This document shows, piece after piece, positions 9,443 through 18,371 of a stretch of DNA of 64,000 bases. The notes below the pieces were generated by a model that did no database searches, was not told the DNA's origin, and was given only the letters and a program-made list of their open reading frames with translations. The position numbers and the translations under genes are program-made. Origin of the DNA: Candidatus Omnitrophota bacterium (GTDB taxonomy: Bacteria > Omnitrophota > Omnitrophia > Omnitrophales > Aquincolibacteriaceae); NCBI GenBank assembly GCA_903819565.1, contig CAIJDY010000030.1, forward strand, positions 7,128 through 71,127. The letters run 5' to 3'. The stretch's first letter is position 1. The number at the start of each line of letters is the position of its first letter.

Positions 9443-10957
9443 ATGGAATTGTTTAATGGCGGCAACATTTCTTTAAAAGATATCCCGGTTTTAGCGGAAA
9501 AAGAATTCCGCGAAGAAGTGATTCTTCGCTGCCGGGAGGACGCGCGGCTGATGAACTTTTTCGGATGCGCGGAGGACGGGGGCGACGTCCGCTTGATCGT
9601 GATCCTGGGACTCAGCGAAGAGTCTTTGTTGCGGGTGTTTGCGACAAAAATTCCGGCGGGATCTCCCCGTTATCAATCGTTGACCAGGGAGCTACCTCAA
9701 GCGCAATTATTCGAACGCGAGATCGCGGAGCAGTGGGCGGTCACCCCCGAAGGGCACCCTTGGCTTAAACCGGTGAGGTATCACGCGAATTACCGCGGCG
9801 TGCCGGACCTTTGGAAGGATGTCGCGCGGCAGACGATCCCGGGATCTTATCCTTTTTATGCCGTGGGCGGCGAGGAGGTCCATGAAGTGGGTGTGGGGCC
9901 GGTGCATGCCGGTATTATCGAGCCCGGACATTTCCGGTTCCAGTGTCACGGGGAAGAGGTGCTGCATCTGGAGATCCAATTGGGATACCAGCATCGCGGT
10001 ATCGAGCCCCTAATGGGCGTGGGAAAAGATCTGAAACGGGGAGTTCTTTTAAGCGAGTCCATTGCCGGGGACACTTCGATCGGTCATTCTACGGCGTATT
10101 GCGAGGCGATCGAATCGCTGGCGGGTTGCGCGGTTCCGCTGAGGGCGCAGGCCCTCCGCGCGGTGACGCTGGAGCTGGAACGGCTGGCGAATCACGTGGG
10201 CGACCTGGGCGCTTTGGGGATGGATGCCGGTTTTCTGCCGACCAGCGCGTATTTCGGCCGCATGCGTGGGGATTACTTGAATCTATTGCTGGAACTGACG
10301 GGAAACCGTTTTGGGAAGGGACTCTGCCGGCCGGGAGGTGTCCTTTTTGATATGGATACTGCCATGGCCGAAGATTTCTGCCGGAAACTGAAGCGCTATA
10401 AAAAAGAATTCGAAGAAGTAAGCGATCTTTTTTTCACCCGTCCGTCGGTCCTTGCGCGTTTTGAAGGTATCGGGATTCTTCCCCTGAAGACCGCGAAAGA
10501 CCTGGGGGTGGTGGGTCCCGTTGCGCGCGCGAGCCAGTCGGAGCAGGATGTGCGTATCGATTATTCCTCCGGGATATGGCAATTCTATCATGTGCCCATT
10601 TCTCTGGCCGCGACCGGGGACGTTTACGCGCGGGCTCTGGTGCGGCGGCAGGAAGTGATGCGCTCGCTGGAATTCTTGCTGAAACTTTTGCCGTCTTTAC
10701 CCAAAGGGGATATCAGAGCCCCCCTCGGTCCTTTAAAGCCGGAGAGGCTTGCGGTCTCTCTGGTAGAGGGATGGCGCGGCGAGATCATGCATGTCGGTAT
10801 GACCGACGGCCAGGGCGCCTTGTCCCGATACAAGATCAAAGATCCCTCGTTTCACAATTGGTTCGCATTGACCCACGCGATGCGCAATCAGGAAATATCT
10901 GATTTTCCGTTATGCAATAAAAGCTTCAATTTGTCCTATTGCGGGCATGATCTATGA
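9443..10957 (+). CDS. hyfG: Ehr large subunit (NuoC+NuoD/HyfG-like) lacking [NiFe]-binding CxxC motifs
   Basis: FEREIAE, GPVHAGIIEPGHFRF, ELERLANH, VEGWRGE, DPSFHNW; L1 region reads SIAGDTSIGH and the C-terminus DFPLCNKSFNLSYCGHDL. Confidence 0.92.
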   Translation: MELFNGGNISLKDIPVLAEKEFREEVILRCREDARLMNFFGCAEDGGDVRLIVILGLSEESLLRVFATKIPAGSPRYQSLTRELPQAQLFEREIAEQWAVTPEGHPWLKPVRYHANYRGVPDLWKDVARQTIPGSYPFYAVGGEEVHEVGVGPVHAGIIEPGHFRFQCHGEEVLHLEIQLGYQHRGIEPLMGVGKDLKRGVLLSESIAGDTSIGHSTAYCEAIESLAGCAVPLRAQALRAVTLELERLANHVGDLGALGMDAGFLPTSAYFGRMRGDYLNLLLELTGNRFGKGLCRPGGVLFDMDTAMAEDFCRKLKRYKKEFEEVSDLFFTRPSVLARFEGIGILPLKTAKDLGVVGPVARASQSEQDVRIDYSSGIWQFYHVPISLAATGDVYARALVRRQEVMRSLEFLLKLLPSLPKGDIRAPLGPLKPERLAVSLVEGWRGEIMHVGMTDGQGALSRYKIKDPSFHNWFALTHAMRNQEISDFPLCNKSFNLSYCGHDL

Positions 10958-10988
10958 AGCGCTTTGACCGTAGAAGCGGGGAGCCTTT

Positions 10989-11669
10989 ATGCTGAATATT
11001 TTAATGGAGCGTTTAAAACAGGGCCGCCGGACTTTATCCTTTCCCAAGGGGAAGCCCCCGGTCCTGCCGGCGCGTTATCGGGGCCGCCCCATCGTCGCGG
11101 GCCTGAAAGACGGTGTGGACTTGGGGAAGATCACCTTTATCCCCGACAGCGGCATTCAACATTCTAATGATTTTCGTATGGCGGCTTCTCGCCGGGAAGA
11201 TCTCGTTCTTAAGGGTGACGACGCGCACGCTTTGGCACATGCGTTGAATAAGAAGATCTTGGAGATGTTCGGCCGTTCTCTGAAGCTGCGGCAGGTTTCA
11301 GCGGGCGGGTGCAATGCCTGCGAGGCAGACATCAATGTCCTGAATACGCCCGTCTTTGATCTCAGCCGTTTCGGTATTCAATTCGTCGCGTCGCCGCGCC
11401 ATGCCGACGGGATCGTCGTCACGGGTCCCATTTCGCGCAATATGAAAGAAGCGCTTCTGAAAACTCACGAAGCCACACCGGACCCCAAGATCGTTATTGC
11501 GGTCGGTGCTTGCGCGATCTCCGGAGGTATTTTTTCCGAAAGTCCGGAATCTTCCAAGGGGCTGGACACCCTTCTTCCCGTAGACCTTTATATCCCCGGC
11601 TGTCCTCCGCACCCCTTGACCATTCTTGACGGGCTCCTGAGATTGATGGGAAGGCTCAGAAAAGAATGA
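10989..11669 (+). CDS. hyfI: Ehr small subunit (NuoB/HyfI-like)
   Basis: SAGGCNACE, SPRHADG, GACAISGG, YIPGCPPHP; N-terminal part has no Cys. Confidence 0.92.
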   Translation: MLNILMERLKQGRRTLSFPKGKPPVLPARYRGRPIVAGLKDGVDLGKITFIPDSGIQHSNDFRMAASRREDLVLKGDDAHALAHALNKKILEMFGRSLKLRQVSAGGCNACEADINVLNTPVFDLSRFGIQFVASPRHADGIVVTGPISRNMKEALLKTHEATPDPKIVIAVGACAISGGIFSESPESSKGLDTLLPVDLYIPGCPPHPLTILDGLLRLMGRLRKE

Positions 11670-11782
11670 ATGGAGGTTTCACCCCGATTCATGTCTTCAG
11701 GAGTTAATTCTTCGCGGTATTTTTCTCGTTTTAGGGAAGGTCTCCACGAAATAGAAAACCAGACCCTGCTTCGTCCGGAGTT

Positions 11783-12259
11783 TTAATGAGAAGCCTGTTC
11801 GCCCGCGTCCGGAGTTTCCGGGGGAGCGACCTGGAGGGGGTTCAGATTGGCGTGGAAGGCCCATTTCCAGCCCTCCGGAGTCTTGATCCAGCCGCTGAGG
11901 CGCATCGCCGCCCGCGTGGGAAGGTCCAGGGGGCCGATGTTCTCTTCGGTCATGACCCGGTAGCTGACAAGAATGAGGGAATCGGTTTGCGTGGTTTTAA
12001 TATAGCTGAGCTCGTACTGGTCAATGTTCAGTTCCTTCAGAAGCGCCATTTCTTCCGCTCCGTTGCGGGCGATATCCTCATGGACGGACTGGAACTCCGG
12101 GGCCATATCTTTTTCGATCTGGGCCCAATTGCCTTCATGAACGTTCTTCCAGAGTTCACGGACAAGCGTTTCGCCCTGGGACATCTCTTCAGCGAAAGTC
12201 GGTGGAACGGAACCCAGTAAAAAGAAAACGAAACAAAGAACGACGAGTTTGTTTCTCAT
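11783..12259 (-). CDS. Secreted NTF2/SnoaL-like (DUF4440-type) protein
   Basis: AAGGAG RBS before ATG 12259; signal peptide; RLSGWIKTPEGWKWAFH C-terminal strand pattern. Confidence 0.7.
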   Translation of the reverse strand: MRNKLVVLCFVFFLLGSVPPTFAEEMSQGETLVRELWKNVHEGNWAQIEKDMAPEFQSVHEDIARNGAEEMALLKELNIDQYELSYIKTTQTDSLILVSYRVMTEENIGPLDLPTRAAMRLSGWIKTPEGWKWAFHANLNPLQVAPPETPDAGEQASH

Positions 12260-12298
12260 GGCGTCTCCTTCCATGCGGATCTTCATACCGTCTCAGGG

Positions 12299-12769
12299 TT
12301 AGTCGGACTCTTTCCAGATATCGCCGCGCCGTCCGATCTTAACAACGTCGTTTATCTTGATCTTCAGGATGGCGAATTTCTCCGAGATCTCCACTTCGAA
12401 ATGTTCGTGTTTTTTTCCCGTCCGGACCGCTTCGATCACGCGGTCGGCCGAGAGCTTGACGACTTTTTCATCCCATTCTCTCAACATGGCATCGTAGCTT
12501 TTGCCCCGCTCGATCACTTTTGCGGTCCCGTTCAGGCGGTAGGCCTCCAGAGCGTCCTGTTCCATAAAAGAAACGGAGACGAGGGGGTTCTCTTTGATGT
12601 TGACGACCGTCTGGCCCATGACGTGATCGATCAAATAGAGGGAATCCCTCTTGGCGTGGAGAAAAAGCTTCGGGGCGGAATTCGGCCGGCCGTCACGGGT
12701 GGCGGTGCCGACCGAGACGAACTTTCTTTTTCCGAGTAATTCCTGGATTTTTTCCGTGATCTTGGGCAT
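12299..12769 (-). CDS. Pyridoxamine 5'-phosphate oxidase-like FMN-binding protein
   Basis: VGTATRDGRPNSAPK, TVVNIKENPLVSV, YRLNGTA. Confidence 0.85.
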   Translation of the reverse strand: MPKITEKIQELLGKRKFVSVGTATRDGRPNSAPKLFLHAKRDSLYLIDHVMGQTVVNIKENPLVSVSFMEQDALEAYRLNGTAKVIERGKSYDAMLREWDEKVVKLSADRVIEAVRTGKKHEHFEVEISEKFAILKIKINDVVKIGRRGDIWKESD

Positions 12770-12942
12770 AAAAGTCCTTGAAGGTCCCCATTATACTCCC
12801 AAAACGGCAAAAGTTGTGCCAGTTTCGTGGTCTCTACTCAAATCAGGGCAGAGCGCAATAAGAATTGGATATTGCGGCAGACCTCAAACCTGCGCGAGCC
12901 AAACTGCTTGCCTCTATAGGTGAAATCCATTATAAGAAGGGC

Positions 12943-14094
12943 ATGCCCCGAGGATTGTATATTCATATTCCGTTCTGCAAGACCCGCTGCCACTATTGCA
13001 ATTTCATTTCGTTCGGAGAGACTACGCCGGAATTCCGGGAACGGTTCTTTAAGGCCTTATTTGAAGAGGTCCGTGAGGCCGGAAAAAAATATGGACAGCT
13101 GTTTTTCGACACGCTGTATCTCGGGGGCGGGACGCCGTCGCTGTTAAACGCTCAAGAGATGACCGGGCTTTTCGGGGAGGTCCGGAAAAATTTCGAAATT
13201 TCACAAGACGCCGAGATCACCTGCGAATGGAATCCGGGGGACGGGGAGGAAGAAAAATTCTCCGTTCTCAGAGCTCTGGGAGTCAACCGCCTCAGCCTCG
13301 GCGTCCAGTCTTTTCAGGACGGTCTATTGTCCCAGCTCGGGCGGAGGCATACCGTTCATGATACTTTGCGGACGCTCGAGAAGATCCAAAAAGCGGGCAT
13401 CGGCAATATCAGTTTTGACCTGATGCTTCGGATCCCGGGGCAGAAGCTCGCGGATTTTCAGGAGTCGCTTGAACGGTGCGTCGCATGCGGCGCCGCGCAG
13501 GTTTCGCTTTATGATTTGGAGGTCCATAAGGCCACGGTGTTCGGCGGGTTGCGGGAAAAAGGAGCGCTGGCGCTTCCGGATGAAGAGGAGCACGCGGGGA
13601 TGTATCAGGCGGCATGTGAAGGTCTGGTCCGCGCCGGCTACGAGCATTACGAGATCTCCAATTTCGCGAGGCCCGGCTTTGCGTCCCGGCACAATCTCAT
13701 CTATTGGCACAACCAGGAGTACCTGGGGCTGGGTCCCGGAGCTTTTTCCTATCTCGGCGGGATCCGTTCCCAATTCGCGGGCGAGGGGATCCGGTATCTT
13801 GAAAAGTGCGAGGCCGGGGACTGGCGGAACGATCAGGAAGACGTTCTCTCTGAAGCGGAACGGGAAACGGAGACTTTCGCGATGGGACTCCGTTTGGCAG
13901 AGGGCGTGAAGCTCCGGGATTTTCCGGGCATTTATCCGGGTCTTCGGGAACGCGTCGAGACCTTGTTGCAGAAAGGACTCCTTGAGCTCGCGGATGAAGA
14001 ATTACGTTTAACGGCCTGGGGGCGGTTCCTTTCGGAGGACATTTTCGGTTTTCTACTTCAAAAGGATAGGGGTTCCGAAGCGTGTTTTTTATGA
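12943..14094 (+). CDS. hemW: Radical SAM heme chaperone HemW (HemN-like)
   Basis: LYIHIPFCKTRCHYCNF, YLGGGTPS, YEISNFA, HNLIYW. Confidence 0.92.
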   Translation: MPRGLYIHIPFCKTRCHYCNFISFGETTPEFRERFFKALFEEVREAGKKYGQLFFDTLYLGGGTPSLLNAQEMTGLFGEVRKNFEISQDAEITCEWNPGDGEEEKFSVLRALGVNRLSLGVQSFQDGLLSQLGRRHTVHDTLRTLEKIQKAGIGNISFDLMLRIPGQKLADFQESLERCVACGAAQVSLYDLEVHKATVFGGLREKGALALPDEEEHAGMYQAACEGLVRAGYEHYEISNFARPGFASRHNLIYWHNQEYLGLGPGAFSYLGGIRSQFAGEGIRYLEKCEAGDWRNDQEDVLSEAERETETFAMGLRLAEGVKLRDFPGIYPGLRERVETLLQKGLLELADEELRLTAWGRFLSEDIFGFLLQKDRGSEACFL

Positions 14095-14151
14095 TATATT
14101 ATTCCCCAGCTTGATCTGCGAAACTCACCTTGCAACAAAGGAGAAATCAAC

Positions 14152-14904
14152 ATGAGAACCTTTTTCAGAATCTGTATCGTTGCGGTTTTATTTTCTTTGG
14201 CAATCACGCCTTACGCTCTCGCCGAAGAAGCCAAGACTTCCGAAAGGTCCGAAGGCGCGACGGTTCAGGTAACTCCCGTGGCGGCGACGATTGTCGACGC
14301 GTCGGCCCAGGCCCGGGTCATCGTCAGCGCCCCGGTACCGGCGACCGTGGTCTCGCCCGTGGTTGAAAAGACGACGCTGGATAATCTCCAAGCGGCGTTC
14401 AACGGTGAAAGCAACGCCCATGCCCGTTATTTGGCGTTCGCGAAGAAAGCGGACGAAGAAGGGTACGGGAAGGTCGCCAATCTTTTCCGCGCGGCCGCTC
14501 GCGCTGAGCAGGTTCATTTTGAAAATCACACCAAGGTCATCAAGGAGCTCGGGGGAACCCCGACCGCCAAGATCGAAACCCCGGTCGTGAAAACCACGGC
14601 TGAGAACCTTAAAGCCGCTTTTGACGGGGAAACTTACGAGACGACCGTGATGTATCCGGAGTTTCTCGCGAAGGCCCAGAAGGACAAGGTCAAAGGCGCG
14701 ATAGATACTTTCGAGGATGCCGGGCGGGCCGAGGCTGTTCACGCCGCTCTCTATAAAAAAGCCATGCAGGATTTGCCGGCATGGAAGGGCAAGGGGAAGG
14801 GGTTTTTTGTTTGCCCGGTTTGCGGGAATGTGGTCGAGAAAACGGATTTTCTAAGATGCCCGATTTGTGATACGAGCAAAAAGCTGTTCATAACGGTTAA
14901 GTAA
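14152..14904 (+). CDS. rbr: Rubrerythrin with N-terminal signal peptide and Pro/Val/Thr-rich linker
   Basis: AAFNGES, AEQVH, GETYE, AEAVH diiron ligands; C-terminal CPVC...CPIC rubredoxin site; AAGGAG RBS. Confidence 0.9.
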   Translation: MRTFFRICIVAVLFSLAITPYALAEEAKTSERSEGATVQVTPVAATIVDASAQARVIVSAPVPATVVSPVVEKTTLDNLQAAFNGESNAHARYLAFAKKADEEGYGKVANLFRAAARAEQVHFENHTKVIKELGGTPTAKIETPVVKTTAENLKAAFDGETYETTVMYPEFLAKAQKDKVKGAIDTFEDAGRAEAVHAALYKKAMQDLPAWKGKGKGFFVCPVCGNVVEKTDFLRCPICDTSKKLFITVK

Positions 14905-14915
14905 GCACCTGCGCG

Positions 14916-14955
14916 AAAAAAAAGGCGGGACCGGTTTTCCGGTTCCGCCTTTTTT
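14916..14955. terminator. Bidirectional intrinsic terminator between convergent rbr and gpmA
   Basis: A-tract-ggcgggaccgg-tttt-ccggttccgcc-T-tract. Confidence 0.9.
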
Positions 14956-14973
14956 CCCTTAAGGGAGCGTTCC

Positions 14974-15723
14974 TTACTTCTTCGCTTTTCCCTGACTTGC
15001 CACCGCATCCATGGCCGCTTTGATCTTTTCCGGGTCGCCGAGGTAATAGTGTTTCACCGGTTTCAGGTTCGAGTCGAGCTCGTAAACAAGCGGGATGCCG
15101 GTCGGGATGTTCAAACCGAGGATCTCCTCTTCGGAGACGTTATCCAGGTATTTCACCAGCGCGCGAAGGCTGTTGCCGTGCGCCGCGATGAGGACTTTTT
15201 TCCCCGACTTGATCGCGGGGGCGGCGACCTCGTGCCAGAACGGAAGGACGCGCGCGACCGTGTCTTTCAGGCATTCCGTAAGCGGGAGTTCGGTTTTTTT
15301 AAGATCTTTATAGCGCGGATCCAGAGCCGGTGAGCGCGGATCGTTAGGTTCAAGCTTCGGGGGAGGAACATCGTAACTCCGGCGCCAGATCTTGACCTGA
15401 TCTTCGCCGAATTTCGCGGCGGTCTCCGATTTGTTCAGCCCCTGCAGGGAGCCGTAGTGGCGTTCGTTCAAACGCCAGTCCCTGACCACCGGGATCCACA
15501 TGAGGTCCATTTTATCCAGGACGATCCATAGGGTCCGGATGGCGCGCTTCAGAACGGACGTGAAGGCGATATCGAAGGCATAGCCCTCTCTTTTGAGTAG
15601 TGCGCCGCCTTCGCCCGCCTCCTGAAGTCCTTTTTCGGACAGGTCTACGTCGGTCCATCCCGTGAACCGGTTCTCTTTGTTCCAGGTACTTTCTCCGTGA
15701 CGGATCAAAACGATCTTATACAT
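14974..15723 (-). CDS. gpmA: 2,3-bisphosphoglycerate-dependent phosphoglycerate mutase
   Basis: [37 protein letters not shown]. Confidence 0.98.
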   Translation of the reverse strand: MYKIVLIRHGESTWNKENRFTGWTDVDLSEKGLQEAGEGGALLKREGYAFDIAFTSVLKRAIRTLWIVLDKMDLMWIPVVRDWRLNERHYGSLQGLNKSETAAKFGEDQVKIWRRSYDVPPPKLEPNDPRSPALDPRYKDLKKTELPLTECLKDTVARVLPFWHEVAAPAIKSGKKVLIAAHGNSLRALVKYLDNVSEEEILGLNIPTGIPLVYELDSNLKPVKHYYLGDPEKIKAAMDAVASQGKAKK

Positions 15724-15826
15724 CCACAGCCTCCTTACGATGGGGATTAGTTTTACCGTGAAAGGGCGTTAGTTTAGCACCGAACCCGGGACCGGGAAAA
15801 CAAAAATAATGGCCTGTTTTTGCGGG

Positions 15827-16198
15827 TTATTCCTCGATGTCGATCGACAAAGCTCGCGCGCTGGGGATGGCGTTGGGGTCGTAACGGACCGTCGCGTGAT
15901 CCCCGGATTCAATGTCGTCCAGCTCGATCGGAGCGGAATTTTTCATAATGATCGTAGAGGGAAAAACCTTGAGGGCGATGTTCTCATAGCGCAGCATGAC
16001 CGGGTCGTTCATCCATCTCAGGGTGACGGTCTTTTTTTCGGTGTCCACGGAGTCGATGGTCCCCTCGGTGGTTTCCACGATCCCGCTAACAGAAGTTGCT
16101 TCGGAGGCGTTGGGCTCGATGGCACGGGCAAGATTGGCCGCGAGCAGGATCGACCAACCCGCGAGAAACGACAGAGAAACAATCGCGATTTTACGCAT
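15827..16198 (-). CDS. Secreted hypothetical protein, probable OB-fold beta-barrel
   Basis: GAGG RBS, signal peptide, GTIDSVD..VTL...DIESGDHATVRY pattern. Confidence 0.65.
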   Translation of the reverse strand: MRKIAIVSLSFLAGWSILLAANLARAIEPNASEATSVSGIVETTEGTIDSVDTEKKTVTLRWMNDPVMLRYENIALKVFPSTIIMKNSAPIELDDIESGDHATVRYDPNAIPSARALSIDIEE

Positions 16199-16384
16199 GT
16201 TAGGCACCTCTTTTGAGGAACGGCTTCCGCATCCAAATATAGCAGTTGAACCGTGGAAAGCAAAGCCAAAAAAGGCCCGGGCGCTTTCCGGTCTTCCCGC
16301 CACAAAGCTCCAGGCCGCCCCGTTCTTCGACGAATGAGAAGGGTCGAGCATCAATCTTTGGCTCCCCGTGCCGTTAATGCAACC

Positions 16385-16999
16385 ATGGCGTACGCGGATC
16401 TGGATCCTTCTTCCTCGACCAAGGAAAAAATTTATTCAAAGTGTCTCTTGGAGAGCCAGGAAGCCTGGTGGCGGCGCCTTTTAAACGTACAGGCTCCTTA
16501 CGGCTGGAATCTCCGGCGTCTTCATCCGGGGTTTACGCTCGACATCGGGTGCGGTCTGGGAAGGCATTTACTCCATTTAGGCGGGAACGGTGTCGGGATC
16601 GATCACAACCCGGATTCGGTCCGGTTTGCCCGGGCCCAGGGACTCGAGGTTTTTACACCGGAGGATTTTCGGGGTTCTCCGTTCAACATCCCGCAAAGAT
16701 TTGATTCTCTCCTGTTGTCCCATGTGGCGGAGCACATGACCCAGGCGGAGGTGATCACTTTATTGTCCTCTTATAGGGAACTTCTCAAGCCCCAAGGAAA
16801 GCTGATCGTTATCGCGCCGCAGGAAGCGGGTTTCAGAAGGGACGCCACGCACCGGGAGTTCGTGGATTTTCAAAAGGCTCGCGAGATAGCGGGAACCCTG
16901 CGGTTAGAAGTCATCAAGGAATATTCGTTCCCCTTGCCGCGCGTGTTCGGAAAGGTTTTCTACTTCAACGAGTTTGTTTCGGTGAGTCTTAAGAAATAG
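16385..16999 (+). CDS. Class I SAM-dependent methyltransferase
   Basis: TLDIGCGLG, GIDHN, FDSLLLSHVAEH, LKPQG; start codon uncertain. Confidence 0.85.
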   Translation: MAYADLDPSSSTKEKIYSKCLLESQEAWWRRLLNVQAPYGWNLRRLHPGFTLDIGCGLGRHLLHLGGNGVGIDHNPDSVRFARAQGLEVFTPEDFRGSPFNIPQRFDSLLLSHVAEHMTQAEVITLLSSYRELLKPQGKLIVIAPQEAGFRRDATHREFVDFQKAREIAGTLRLEVIKEYSFPLPRVFGKVFYFNEFVSVSLKK

Positions 17000-17004
17000 G
17001 AGAG

Positions 17005-18252
17005 TTAGCGGTTCCGGCGGTAGGCGGGAGCGATATAACCGCGGCGCCGTCCACGGGAAAAACTGCGGCCGCCGAAAGAAGCGACCTTGACCGGTTTGTG
17101 TTCGATGAAGCTTTCCAGCGGCATTTCCGGATGCTCCGAAATAGGGAGCGCCATCCGCATGAGTTTCTCGATATCCTTCACATCCTTGCCTTGTTCCGGC
17201 GTCGCAAACGAGATCGCGTGACCTTTATCCCCGATACGGCCCGTGCGGCCGATCCTGTGGACATAATTTTCGGTATCATCCGGAAGGTCGTAGTTGAGCA
17301 CCAGTTCGATCCCCTTGACGTCGATCCCGCGCGCCGCGATGTCGGTCGCCACGAGCACGCGATACCGCCCCGATTTGAACCCGTCCAGGGCTTCGCGCCT
17401 TTGGGACAGGGAGCGATCCGCGTGGATCTCAGCAACCTTATGGCCCATTTCCCTGATGGAACGCGTGATCTTATAAGCACCGATCTTGGTTCGCGAGAAC
17501 AACAGGATCGTGCCGTGGTATTGTGACAGTATTTTCGCCAGGAGCTGCCTCTTGGCGTCTTTTTTGACGACGAATAATTCCTGAGTGATCTTTTCTGCGA
17601 CGGTCCCGGATTTTGCAATCTCCACACTGATCGGAAGTTTCATGTTGGAAGAAGCCATCTTCATGATCTGCTCGGGCATGGTGGCCGAGAAAAGCATGGT
17701 TTGACGTTCGCGCGGGATCTTGCGCAGGATCTGCTGGATCTGGGGGGCAAAACCCATGTCGAGCATGCGGTCGGCCTCATCCAGCACCAGGATGCTCACG
17801 TCATCCATAAAAACATAGCGTTGTTCCATGTGGTCGATGAGCCGTCCCGGAGTGGCAATGATGACGCGCGGGTGCTGGCGGAGCTCCTGGATCTGGTTGT
17901 GCATCGAAGCGCCCCCGATGAGGACCGCGAATTTGATCTTGGGATCGATCTTATGAAGGCTTTGATGGACCTGATAGGCCAGCTCACGGGTCGGGACCAG
18001 GATAAGCCCCCTGCCTTTTTTCTGGGCAAGCCGTTGGATCATCGGAATACCGAAGGCAAGCGTCTTTCCGGTGCCAGTTTGGGCGATGCCGATGACGTCC
18101 TGGCCTTCCAGGGCAATGGGGATTGCTTTTTGCTGGATCGGCGTCGGATTTGTGAATTTCATCCGGTCCAGGACCTCCAGGAGCTGCGGGGCAATGCCCA
18201 ACCCGTAGAACGTCACTGGGGCCGTCGGTTGTGATGCTGGGTGTGTTGTCAT
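17005..18252 (-). CDS. DEAD-box RNA helicase (RhlE-like)
   Basis: PTPIQ, AQTGTGKT, PTRELA, DEAD, SAT, HRIGRTGR. Confidence 0.97.
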   Translation of the reverse strand: MTTHPASQPTAPVTFYGLGIAPQLLEVLDRMKFTNPTPIQQKAIPIALEGQDVIGIAQTGTGKTLAFGIPMIQRLAQKKGRGLILVPTRELAYQVHQSLHKIDPKIKFAVLIGGASMHNQIQELRQHPRVIIATPGRLIDHMEQRYVFMDDVSILVLDEADRMLDMGFAPQIQQILRKIPRERQTMLFSATMPEQIMKMASSNMKLPISVEIAKSGTVAEKITQELFVVKKDAKRQLLAKILSQYHGTILLFSRTKIGAYKITRSIREMGHKVAEIHADRSLSQRREALDGFKSGRYRVLVATDIAARGIDVKGIELVLNYDLPDDTENYVHRIGRTGRIGDKGHAISFATPEQGKDVKDIEKLMRMALPISEHPEMPLESFIEHKPVKVASFGGRSFSRGRRRGYIAPAYRRNR

Positions 18253-18258
18253 AAGCAC

Positions 18259-18264
18259 AGTATA
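18259..18264 (-). promoter_or_regulatory. -10 box of a probable leaderless helicase transcript
   Basis: TATACT, 6 nt, then ATG (18252); no Shine-Dalgarno sequence. Confidence 0.5.
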
Positions 18265-18371
18265 AGCTCTTTCTGCATAAAAGAGGTAATAATAAAAATC
18301 CTAAGAGAAATCCGCTGACCGGACAAGAAAACGGGATTTGCGCGGTCAGGCCGCGTTCACGGGCGCGGCTT

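Noticed and set aside
9443-10957. Calling the operon a functional [NiFe] hydrogenase-4 or formate hydrogenlyase
   Set aside because: Both Ni-ligating CxxC motifs are absent, and no maturation or formate dehydrogenase genes are in the window
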